The translations under genes were made by a program, and so were the position numbers. Positions 10,403-18,784 of a stretch of DNA of 64,000 bases are shown piece after piece (within the stretch, counting starts at the first letter, position 1; every line of letters starts with the position of its first letter). The stretch is from Polyangiaceae bacterium (GTDB taxonomy: Bacteria > Myxococcota_A > Polyangia > Polyangiales > Polyangiaceae). The DNA lies in NCBI GenBank assembly GCA_044376115.1, contig JBILLK010000009.1, positions 32,001-96,000 of the forward strand, given 5' to 3'. The notes under the pieces are model-generated. The model was not told where the DNA came from. It searched no databases and worked only from the letters and a program-made list of their open reading frames with translations.

Positions 10403-11520
10403 CCGGCACCATGCAAGGGTTGATGTTCCTCGAGCCTGGCCGGCTCGCTTGGCGCGAGGTCCCAGTCCCGCGGCTCGAGTCGGAGAGCGACGCGCTGGTG
10501 CGCCCGCTCGCCGTTGCCCGCTGCGATCTGGACGCCGCCGTGGTTCGCGGGGAAGCACCGTTTCGCGGCAAGGCGCTGCATTATTTGCGCAACCACCTAC
10601 CCAACGTGGTTGGACAAAAGGGGCTCTTCCGTGATGCTCCATTTCGCGGCCCGTACGCGTTTGGTCACGAGTCGGTCGGCGAGATCATCGAGGTCGGTTC
10701 GGAGGTGAGCACGCGCCGCGTGGGCGAGCGCGTCGTGGTGCCGTTTCAGATCGCCTGCGGTACCTGCTCACGTTGTCGCGCGGGGCTTACGTCGTGTTGC
10801 GAGGCGGTGCCGGCTCGCTCGATGTATGGCTTCGGCGCGCTCGGCGGTATGCGCTGGGGCGGCGTGCTCAGCGATTGCGTGCGCGTACCGTTCGCCGACC
10901 AGATGCTGCTGCCGTTGCCGGAAGGCGCTTCGCCGGAGGCGCTCGCCAGCGCCGGGGACAACGTCGCCGACGGCTATCGCACGGTGGCCGGTCCGCTGCG
11001 CGCGCGGCCTGGAGCCGAAGTGCTTGTGGTCGGCGGTGGAGCGCACAGCGTGGCGCTTTACGCGGTGGCTTGTGCGCTGGCGCTGGGCGCCTCGCGCGTG
11101 GTGTACGCCGACGTCGCCAAGGAGCGCTTGGAGCATGCAGCGCGTTTGGGCGCGCAGCCAGTCGAGCTGCCGCACAAGCCGCGGCGGCTCGGTCGGTTTC
11201 CGATCACGGTCGATGCTTCCGCGCACGAGCACGGTCTCGGGATCGCTCTGCGCTCCACCGACCACGGTGGCGTGTGCACCAGCACGGGCATCTACTATGC
11301 GTCGCGGACGCCGGTGCCTCTGCTCGATATGTACGGCACCGGCCTCACCTTCGTGACCGGCCGGGTCGATTCGCGCGCCGTGCTTCCGGAGGTGCTCGCG
11401 CTCGTTGCCTCGGGCAAACTGCGTCCCGAACGAATCACCACGCTGGTTGCCTCATGGCGCGACGCCGCCGAAGCGATGCTCGACCCAAGTGTGAAGGTCG
11501 TCGTCGCGCGGCCGGCCTGA
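10399..11520 (+). CDS. Zinc-dependent medium-chain alcohol dehydrogenase
   Basis: CDLD, FGHESVG, structural-zinc CGTCSRCRAGLTSCC. Confidence 0.92.
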   Translation: MTGTMQGLMFLEPGRLAWREVPVPRLESESDALVRPLAVARCDLDAAVVRGEAPFRGKALHYLRNHLPNVVGQKGLFRDAPFRGPYAFGHESVGEIIEVGSEVSTRRVGERVVVPFQIACGTCSRCRAGLTSCCEAVPARSMYGFGALGGMRWGGVLSDCVRVPFADQMLLPLPEGASPEALASAGDNVADGYRTVAGPLRARPGAEVLVVGGGAHSVALYAVACALALGASRVVYADVAKERLEHAARLGAQPVELPHKPRRLGRFPITVDASAHEHGLGIALRSTDHGGVCTSTGIYYASRTPVPLLDMYGTGLTFVTGRVDSRAVLPEVLALVASGKLRPERITTLVASWRDAAEAMLDPSVKVVVARPA

Positions 11521-11538
11521 GCGCGCTACTCGCGCGCG

Positions 11539-12039
11539 TCACTTGTTCCAGCGCGTCGTGGCCCTTCGGTTTGGGCCGACGATGCGCACCGTGTACTCCC
11601 CGGGTACACGCGGCAGATAGGCTGTTACACAACGTCCGTCGGCGTCGAGCGCTAACCACGGGTGCGTGACATACGTTTGTTGCCGATGGCTTTGCCCGGG
11701 CTCGAGCGTGGCATAGCTCACCCTGCGGCCGTTGAAGTCCAGCCAGGTGAGCGTCAGCGGAGTCTGCGTCATGTTGTGAAAGACGATGTGCAGCGACTCC
11801 TCGCTCGCCAAGGAGCGCAGATCTGGCTCGCGCGCGCAGGTGAGTTCGAGCACCGGTCCGAGGGGCTCGCTATCGATTTGCGACCCCGTGACCACGAGCG
11901 GGGTCGCTGTGACACGCGAAGGTGCTGACGCGGGGCCCGGGATCGTCACTGAAGCCGCAACAGGCTGCGTCGCGTCCGCTGCTCTAGCGCAACCAGCGCT
12001 CAGCAAGACCAACGCTCCGCTCCAGATCGTTCGCCTCAT
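11539..12039 (-). CDS. Lipoprotein with a VHL beta domain
   Basis: Lipobox LSAGC; IVFHNMTQTPLTLTWLDFNGRRVSYATLEPGQSHRQQTYVTHPW matches the pVHL beta-domain pattern. Confidence 0.8.
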   Translation of the reverse strand: MRRTIWSGALVLLSAGCARAADATQPVAASVTIPGPASAPSRVTATPLVVTGSQIDSEPLGPVLELTCAREPDLRSLASEESLHIVFHNMTQTPLTLTWLDFNGRRVSYATLEPGQSHRQQTYVTHPWLALDADGRCVTAYLPRVPGEYTVRIVGPNRRATTRWNK

Positions 12040-12085
12040 CCTTTAGTCCTCCTGCTTGAGCTCGTCCGCACACGCGCCCGCGTCC

Positions 12086-12847
12086 TCAAACTCGGATCGG
12101 TAGCTCCAAGTAGCGCTCATAAATTCGCTGCCGATGCGCGAGCAGCGTGGGCAGCGCCGGTAGCTCCGACTGCATGCTTTCGAAGGCGGCGCGAATGGGC
12201 GGGAGCATGGGGCAAAGCTCCTCGGACATCGGCACGAAGGTGTTCATTGCTGCCGCCGCATAGAGGTCGAGCGCGCTCAGCTTGTCACCGAAGAAGTACT
12301 CGCGTGCTCCCAGCGTCTCCACCAACAGAGCGAGCCCCTCTTGTACGCGTTGTCTGGCGCGACTGAGCTCCGCTGCTGGCAGCCCGTAGCGCTCACCGAG
12401 ATAGCGGCCAACAAACGGTGGAAAGCCGCGCGCGCCGTCGCTCTCGATCCCGGCCTGAATGGTCAAGAGCCGGCTGCACCACAAGACCCCGCCGGCGCCC
12501 ATCAGTTCATGCGCCAACCCGAAAAAGCGAACGCGCTCGCTCGGGTTCGCCGGTACCAGCGAGCGCTCGGGAGCGAGCCGTTCGCCGAGCTCGAGGATCT
12601 CGGCCCAGCCCGTCTTCGCAGGCTCATCCTCGTACATCGCGGCGGGCGCGTTGGCGCTGCGCGTCCACTTGCGGACTTCCTTGTCCCCGGGGTTGAGCCG
12701 CACCGCGACGAACGGGATCTGCTTGCACACAAAAAGGGCTTTGGCGGCCTCCGACCATGGGCTCGGAATGCCGCCAACCGTTACCAACCGTAGCCCGCGG
12801 GCGGCCTTGGCTACCTCAAGCTCTACAAACTCCACCGACGTTGCCAT
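12086..12847 (-). CDS. Glutathione S-transferase-like protein
   Basis: PSPWSEAAK N-terminal motif; YFFGDKLSALDLY GST C-terminal motif. Confidence 0.78.
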   Translation of the reverse strand: MATSVEFVELEVAKAARGLRLVTVGGIPSPWSEAAKALFVCKQIPFVAVRLNPGDKEVRKWTRSANAPAAMYEDEPAKTGWAEILELGERLAPERSLVPANPSERVRFFGLAHELMGAGGVLWCSRLLTIQAGIESDGARGFPPFVGRYLGERYGLPAAELSRARQRVQEGLALLVETLGAREYFFGDKLSALDLYAAAAMNTFVPMSEELCPMLPPIRAAFESMQSELPALPTLLAHRQRIYERYLELPIRV

Positions 12848-12910
12848 CGGCGCAGCATAGGCGAGGTTGGTCCAAGGACGGGTGCACAGATGCCCGTGCG
12901 CGGGATGGGA

Positions 12911-14560
12911 TCAGAGCTCCGAGTACGTCAGCCCGCAGAGGGCGATCTTCTGATCGCAATCGCCTGACTCCATCGGGGTCTCCATGCAGGCGTAGAAGTC
13001 GTTCCACTCGGGGTTGCAGCCGTGGTTGATGCCCGAGGCGCTGTCGCCACCCCACTTGGATAGGCACTTGATCAAGGCGATGCCCGGGTCAGGGCAGTGC
13101 GTCGGAGCACAGCTCGAGACCGCGTCGATCACGCAGGATGCGCATTGCCCACCACCCACGGTGGCGCAGTTGAAGAAGCAGGTCCCGTCGCCTTCGGCGC
13201 AGGTTTGAATGCACGGCTCGAACGCGCCGCAGCTGATGTTCTCCTCCTCGAACGGCACCATCATCAGCACGTAGTTGAGGCACATCTCGTCATACGTACC
13301 CTCGCCCCAGTAAACATCACGCGGCATGAGCTGCTCGCCCTGAACCTCGGGTTGGTGCATCGGACTGTTGTCGTAGGTGCAGGACAAGTGGATCTTGTCG
13401 CCTTTCTTCCCCTCGATCGGCTCGGCGAGTCCGTAGCCGCCTTGCCAATGAAAGTCCCAGCGAGGGATGTCGATCATGCACTGCTTCTCACCCGACTCGA
13501 GGCTCTCGTGCCACACCGAGATCTCAGTGCCGAGCACGTGCATGTGCGGTGAGTTGGCGATGATCGTTCCGTCGGCGGGAAGCTCGAACACCCGCTCCTG
13601 AACGCTCGCCTCATCGCCGGCGGGGACCTTCATCGCGAGGTGAGCCATCGGCAGCGACTCCACGCGCCACTTCGGCTTGTTGGGTGTCGTCCACAGCTTG
13701 GCGTACGAGATGTCGGCCGGGATCTCTGCATCGGCGGCGAAGGCGAGCACGTTGTAATGCATCTGCAGCACGAGCCGCGAGCCCTTCGGAATGATCGTCG
13801 CGGCTCCCTCAGGCATACGCCCTTGTTGTGCACCAGGAGCCCAGCCGGCGATGGTGTTGAGCGTGCCACCGCCAGTGCCACCAAAGCACTCGTAGCCGGC
13901 CACGTCGTCCTTGTCGTTCAGCTTCTCCACCTCGGCGATGCCCTCCGGCGGAATCAAGTAGACCAAGGCGTGATGTCCCAGTGCCTGAACGCCGGGCTCG
14001 AGGAACGTGGAAATCAGGTAGGTGTCTTCCTCGAACTCCGCATCGAGAAGAAAGCAGCGATAGTCGTCGGCACCGTTGTAGGGTTGCGGGATGTACCCCG
14101 CGGAGGAGGGGAGTTCATAGGTGGCCGGCCCTAGCGTGTCGGCGAGCCGCTCGGGCACCTCGGGAGCGACGTACTCTTCCGCGGAGCCCTCCGGGAAGCC
14201 TTCATCACGCCAGCTCAGGAAAGTCGCCCGCTCTTCGTCGGTGAGCGAACGATCCCCGACGTACTCCTGACAGTCCTTGCTTGCGGCCCACGGCGGCATG
14301 GTGCCCTTGTCGACCGACTCCACCGCGAGCTTGAGCCACTCTGGCGTTCCCTCGCTCCACTCGGAAGCATCGAACTTCATCGTGATGGGGGCAGGCCCAC
14401 CATCGTAGTGACAGCCGCTACACTTCGCCTCCATCAGTGGCCGTACGTCACGATGGAAGCTGACTGCGGCTGTCGGCTCCTCCTCTCCACAGCCTACGAG
14501 GCCGAGCACAGAGGAAACGAACAGCAAGGCGGCGGGGAGAGCACGTCGAGTTGAGCGCAT
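12911..14560 (-). CDS. Copper type II ascorbate-dependent monooxygenase-like lipoprotein with a CxxCH motif and Cys-rich tail
   Basis: Lipobox LVGC; CSGCH; DDYRCF; HHALVY, QMHYN, PHMH and DEMC copper-ligand pattern; WDFHWQ. Confidence 0.85.
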   Translation of the reverse strand: MRSTRRALPAALLFVSSVLGLVGCGEEEPTAAVSFHRDVRPLMEAKCSGCHYDGGPAPITMKFDASEWSEGTPEWLKLAVESVDKGTMPPWAASKDCQEYVGDRSLTDEERATFLSWRDEGFPEGSAEEYVAPEVPERLADTLGPATYELPSSAGYIPQPYNGADDYRCFLLDAEFEEDTYLISTFLEPGVQALGHHALVYLIPPEGIAEVEKLNDKDDVAGYECFGGTGGGTLNTIAGWAPGAQQGRMPEGAATIIPKGSRLVLQMHYNVLAFAADAEIPADISYAKLWTTPNKPKWRVESLPMAHLAMKVPAGDEASVQERVFELPADGTIIANSPHMHVLGTEISVWHESLESGEKQCMIDIPRWDFHWQGGYGLAEPIEGKKGDKIHLSCTYDNSPMHQPEVQGEQLMPRDVYWGEGTYDEMCLNYVLMMVPFEEENISCGAFEPCIQTCAEGDGTCFFNCATVGGGQCASCVIDAVSSCAPTHCPDPGIALIKCLSKWGGDSASGINHGCNPEWNDFYACMETPMESGDCDQKIALCGLTYSEL

Positions 14561-14562
14561 GC

Positions 14563-14759
14563 TGTATACATATTGTATCCAGACAGGTCCGCTCAAGTGA
14601 ATACGTCGGCCTGTTGACTTTTGGTAGGTAAAGGATGTTCGGTGTAGGAGGCCGAAATTACTCGGTGATTGGTAGGCTGCCCAGGGGTGCCAATGCCCCA
14701 GGATCGGGCGACCGCCAGGCTCGCGAAAGGCCCGGATAGGGTGTATACGTCGTGTATAC
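14563..14759. promoter_or_regulatory. Two tandem TGTATAC-N4-TGTAT(A/C)C sites, putative operators
   Basis: TGTATAC 14563 + TGTATCC 14574; TGTATAC 14742 + TGTATAC 14753; both have an 11-bp period in an AT-richer intergenic region. Confidence 0.5.
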
Positions 14760-14823
14760 TTTGGTGCTGTTGACTGGAATTTTGCAGTGATTCCGCCTGG
14801 GGACACATGTCCCCTGCCGACTG

Positions 14824-15681
14824 CTAGGGCGTCGGCGTCACGCAGAGTTCGCCCGCGTTGGGGTAGGTCAGCGTGACCCCGATTTCCTGCGAGCCGTCCG
14901 ACTGGAGGTCCACGCCGATCGACTTGATGCGTGAACTCGCATCGTACTCGTACGAAAGGGTGTAGAGCGGATAGTTGATTTGACATCCGGAAAAACGGTC
15001 GAACGCAGGCCGACCAACGGCATCACGCTTCACCTCGACCAAGTTCGGCATGCAGAACTCGTCCTTGTCCGGATAGTTGTTGCTCGACTCGAAGGTACCG
15101 TCCGCTGCGTACTTGTATTGGACGGAGCGAGCGCCTTCGGTCTCGGAGATCAAGCGTCCGACGTCGTCCCAGCCGAGCTTCTGTTTGCCTTTTGCGATCA
15201 AGCGACCCGCGCTGTCGAACTGAACCTCCACGCTGTCTTTGCCCTCTTTGCGAGTGAAGGTGCGGTCCTTCTTGAGGTTGTAGGTCGCAAGCCCGGCATG
15301 CGTGATGATGCCATTCGCGTCGTAGCGATAGCTGAGCCTGGCGGTGGCGGTGCACAGCTCAATCGGTTCGCCCTCAGGTTGAAGCCGCGGCACGTAGACG
15401 CACTCTTGTCCTTGGTTCGGCGTGGTGAGCAAGGTCATCTCGCAAGGGCGGGCAACCGGGTTGGGGTTGGGTGGAGGGGGAGTTGCAGTCGCCACGCTAG
15501 CTTGTGCAGAAGCAGCACCGCTCGGCGCTCCGGAGGCTGCTGCGCTGGCCGCCGGCTTCGCCGCGACGGCAGTCGCGTCAGGCTTTGCTGAGGTTGGCAC
15601 CGAGCCGCTCGCCGAGGGTTCAGCGGAACCACAGGCCGCGAGCAGTAGAGTCACCAAGAAACGGGTGGGCTGGTTGAGCAT
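14824..15681 (-). CDS. Lipoprotein with YD/RHS-like short repeats
   Basis: Lipobox LAAC, Ala/Pro linker, repeats YRYDANG, FDSAGRL, WDDVGRL, RDAVGRP, YEYDASSRI. Confidence 0.7.
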   Translation of the reverse strand: MLNQPTRFLVTLLLAACGSAEPSASGSVPTSAKPDATAVAAKPAASAAASGAPSGAASAQASVATATPPPPNPNPVARPCEMTLLTTPNQGQECVYVPRLQPEGEPIELCTATARLSYRYDANGIITHAGLATYNLKKDRTFTRKEGKDSVEVQFDSAGRLIAKGKQKLGWDDVGRLISETEGARSVQYKYAADGTFESSNNYPDKDEFCMPNLVEVKRDAVGRPAFDRFSGCQINYPLYTLSYEYDASSRIKSIGVDLQSDGSQEIGVTLTYPNAGELCVTPTP

Positions 15682-15760
15682 CACGCTACAGCCTGCCAAC
15701 GAAGGACCCTGCAAAGCAATCTCTACGCGCTGTCACGCGCTCACGGCGCGCCGAGCCCCC

Positions 15761-17338
15761 CTACACGCGAGCGGCGATCTTCTCGGCGATGCGGTCCGCT
15801 AGCGCCATCACCGTCAACATTGGGTTGACCGCGGGGCTTGCGGAGAAGATGCCGGTGTCGGCGATGTAGAGGTTGTCGGTGTCGTGGCAGCGCCCGTCCA
15901 TATCCACCACACCTTGTTCTCGCGTGGCGCCCATGCGCGTCGAGCCGAAGGCGTGGTTGGCGGCGGTGATGGTGTCCGAGCCTTTGAGCTTCATCGTGCG
16001 CAGGATCTCGCTCCCTTGCTTGGAGTTGAGCTGCTCCGGAACGCCGTGGAGCCCAGGCAAGATCGCTTTGGCGCCAGAGGCCCAGCAGATGTCGCTCAAG
16101 ATCGAGAGCCCGCGTTGAATCAGCTTCACGTCGTCGTCGTGGAAGTTGAAGCGAATGTCCGGGTCGAAGCCGCGCTTGGCTTTGACCTCACCGAAGGAGC
16201 GATCCGCCGCGATGATCACGTCGAACGGCGCCATGTGATCGTAGTTGAGCAGGTGTTGCTGATAGCTCGTCCCAAGGCCGGGTAGGCGCGCAGCGAGCAC
16301 CGCCGGCGGCGACCAAAGCACCTCCAGCTTGATGCCCTCCTTGAGGTAGTGGAGCGAGTGAAAGCCCTGCGTCGCGCCGGCCCATGGATCGATCGGCTCA
16401 TCGTACACGGCCATGATCGCAAGGCCCGGGTGCATCAGCAGCTGTTTGCCGACCCAACGGTTCTCCGTCAGTACCTCGCTCTTTTGCAGGATGACCGGCG
16501 TTTGCATGCAGCCGGCCGCAAGCACCAGGGTCTTGGGGCGCACTGTTACCCCGTGCGAGGCGACACCGGTGAAGGGCGTGACCACGTGACCGTGCACCGA
16601 GACCACCTTGCGCCCGCTCATCTTCACGCGCTCGACGCGCACGCTGGTGTAAACGCGTGCTCCTGCGCGAATGGCCGCGGGTACGTAGCTCACGTCGGTC
16701 GACTTCTTGGCGCCGTTGCGGCAGCCGGTGAAGCACTCCCCGGAGCCTTTGCAGCCCTTCACGTTGCGCCAGGTGGGCTCGCTCGAGATGCCCAAGCGAT
16801 CACAGCCTTGCTTGAAGCGCAGGTTGCGCGGGCCTTGCACCTCCATCGGCGTCGGCTCGACGAAAAGGAACTTCTCCACCCGCTCGAAGTGCTTGCGCAG
16901 GAGGTCCGCCGAGAGCTCGACGCCGGTGGTGCGTTGCCACTTGTCCCACACCCAATCGGGGGCGCGCGCACAGATCGCCGAGTTGATCACCGAGCCACCG
17001 CCGAGCAGATTGGCCTGCATGGTGGGGATGAACATGTTGCCGCGGCTGGCCCGCGTTCCGCCTTCCCGCAGCATGTTGTGCATGGCCTCGCCGGCCTCCA
17101 AGGTGAAATCTTTACTGGCAATGGGCGGGCCTTCCTCCAGCAGAATCACGTCCTTTCCAGCCTCGGCCAGCTCCTTGGCGACGACCGCGCCGCCGGGCCC
17201 GCTGCCCACGACCAGCACATCGCAATCGAGCTCGAGCGGGCCGTGATAGTCCGCATGGACCTTCACGCCTTCATGCGGACCGCGTGCGCCGAAGGTGAGG
17301 GGAGCGACTTCAGTACGAAGGACATCCAGGCTTTTCAT
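15761..17338 (-). CDS. GMC family flavin oxidoreductase
   Basis: VVGSGPGG FAD motif, LGGGSVIN, HAFGSTRMG, VNPMLT. Confidence 0.92.
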   Translation of the reverse strand: MKSLDVLRTEVAPLTFGARGPHEGVKVHADYHGPLELDCDVLVVGSGPGGAVVAKELAEAGKDVILLEEGPPIASKDFTLEAGEAMHNMLREGGTRASRGNMFIPTMQANLLGGGSVINSAICARAPDWVWDKWQRTTGVELSADLLRKHFERVEKFLFVEPTPMEVQGPRNLRFKQGCDRLGISSEPTWRNVKGCKGSGECFTGCRNGAKKSTDVSYVPAAIRAGARVYTSVRVERVKMSGRKVVSVHGHVVTPFTGVASHGVTVRPKTLVLAAGCMQTPVILQKSEVLTENRWVGKQLLMHPGLAIMAVYDEPIDPWAGATQGFHSLHYLKEGIKLEVLWSPPAVLAARLPGLGTSYQQHLLNYDHMAPFDVIIAADRSFGEVKAKRGFDPDIRFNFHDDDVKLIQRGLSILSDICWASGAKAILPGLHGVPEQLNSKQGSEILRTMKLKGSDTITAANHAFGSTRMGATREQGVVDMDGRCHDTDNLYIADTGIFSASPAVNPMLTVMALADRIAEKIAARV

Positions 17339-17832
17339 GCATCCCCCAGGTTGAACGGGTTGGTGTTCGCCTTCATACGCATGGCGGTGGAGACCCGCGG
17401 GTCCGAGAGGTAGCCCATCGTCAACATCGTCCGCATCGAGAGGAAGGCGATGCGACGGAAGTAGATCGGGCTCGTGCGCATCGACTCGAGCACGGCAATG
17501 CGCTCCTCCACCGAGAGCGAGCTGAAGCGATTGCGCTTGGGCCCGAACAGCCACGGCCCATGCTCGACGAACCAAAAGAGCAGCCGCACCAAGCGCGCTT
17601 GGCCCTCCGGCAAGCGACCGAGGTAGCGCTCCATGTACAGCACCAAGCGCGCCTCTTTGGCCGACACCGGGATCGGCCCGTTGTTCGGAAAGAGCGCCTC
17701 AGCGCACGCGGCAACCACCGCTTGCTCTTTGCGCGTGAGCTTGCCGTCCGGCACGACTTTGTCCGGGTAACCAAGGAAAAGCCCTTTGGCGAGAGCCGCG
17801 GTGGAAGCGATGGCGACCGAGGGAAACAGCAT
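17335..17832 (-). CDS. Gluconate 2-dehydrogenase subunit 3-like GMC partner protein
   Basis: ACAEALFP, RFSSLSVEER and MGYLSDPRV pattern; 4-nt overlap with the GMC gene. Confidence 0.65.
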   Translation of the reverse strand: MLFPSVAIASTAALAKGLFLGYPDKVVPDGKLTRKEQAVVAACAEALFPNNGPIPVSAKEARLVLYMERYLGRLPEGQARLVRLLFWFVEHGPWLFGPKRNRFSSLSVEERIAVLESMRTSPIYFRRIAFLSMRTMLTMGYLSDPRVSTAMRMKANTNPFNLGDA

Positions 17833-17845
17833 GGAGACCAACCTT

Positions 17846-18694
17846 TCAGACAGTTGCGGCGCGGCTCTTGGCGCGCTTTGCAGGAGCAGGAGCTTTGGCA
17901 GCGGTGCTGGGCTTTGCAGCGGAGCCGGCCGTTTCAGCGGTGCTGGCCTTTGCAGTGGAATCGGCCTTGTCAGCGGGAGCGGCCTCTCCGGCCAACGCAG
18001 CGGCCAGCGAGGCATCCACCCGATCGAGATAGCGATCCACTTCGGTAAGTGCGCCGACCTCGTCATGCGCCTCGATCAGCGTCAGCAGCCGATCCATCGC
18101 CTGGGCGTAGTCCGCAGGCGGCCCGCCGAGGGCCAAGGCGAAGGTGGCGTGGAGCTCGAGCATGGGGCTCCAAAAGCTGTTGGCGAACCACACGACCGGC
18201 CACAGCTCACTGGCCTGCAGCAGGCTGCGAAACACCTCCAACTCGAGCGTGACGTGAGCCTGCGGATCGATCTCTTGACCGGAGCGCTCAAACAGCTTGC
18301 GCACCTCTTTTAGCGGGGTTGGCTTGGCGTACTTGGCGGCCAAGCGCACGGCCTCTTTGGCCAGCAGCCGACGCATCCACAAAAGCTCCACCAACATCGG
18401 CTTGGCGTCCCCGCCGATCATCGCGTGGGGGAGGTACGTGGGCAGCAGCGCGGGCGTACCGTGCCGCCGCCAATCCAGCACGTGCGCCCCAGAGCCGCGC
18501 CGCGATTCGATCAAGCCTGCCGCAGCCAGCTGACCCAGGGCCTCACGAATGGTGCTGCGACCGCAACCAAACTCCTTGGCCAACGCCGTCTCTGCCGGAA
18601 GCCGAACCCCAGGCGGAAAGGCCCCTCCCACGATGCGCTCGGCGAGCTCTCGCTGAACGCGAGGCACTTCACGCAGGGTCGGTTCGCTCGACAT
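17846..18694 (-). CDS. GntR/FadR family transcriptional regulator with an Ala/Lys-rich tail
   Basis: FPPGVRLPAETALAKEFGCGRSTIREAL...RRGSGA winged HTH. Confidence 0.9.
   Translation of the reverse strand: MSSEPTLREVPRVQRELAERIVGGAFPPGVRLPAETALAKEFGCGRSTIREALGQLAAAGLIESRRGSGAHVLDWRRHGTPALLPTYLPHAMIGGDAKPMLVELLWMRRLLAKEAVRLAAKYAKPTPLKEVRKLFERSGQEIDPQAHVTLELEVFRSLLQASELWPVVWFANSFWSPMLELHATFALALGGPPADYAQAMDRLLTLIEAHDEVGALTEVDRYLDRVDASLAAALAGEAAPADKADSTAKASTAETAGSAAKPSTAAKAPAPAKRAKSRAATV
17876..17983. repeat. Degenerate 18-bp tandem repeat (about 6 units) encoding the GntR tail
   Basis: Units such as gctttgcagcggagccgg, ccgtttcagcggtgctgg, cctttgcagtggaatcgg. Confidence 0.55.
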
Positions 18695-18715
18695 GTCAGA
18701 CTAATTAGTCTGACA
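18694..18715. promoter_or_regulatory. Perfect 22-bp palindrome, putative FadR-type operator
   Basis: TGTCAGACTAATTAGTCTGACA is self-complementary, contains two GTCNGAC cores and abuts the gntR start codon. Confidence 0.8.
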
Positions 18716-18784
18716 ACTTCGTTCGTGCAAGGGGGCCGCTTCACTTTTTTGCATTCGCGGGTGCGGACCAGGTCTCATGCGCCG

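Noticed and set aside
14562..14582. LexA/SOS box
   Set aside because: The CTG...CAG spacing does not fit CTGT-N8-ACAG; better explained as tandem TGTATAC boxes
14561..14986. N-terminal extension of the monooxygenase ORF
   Set aside because: The signal peptide and lipobox begin at 14560; the extension spans AT-rich intergenic DNA and the neighbouring gene
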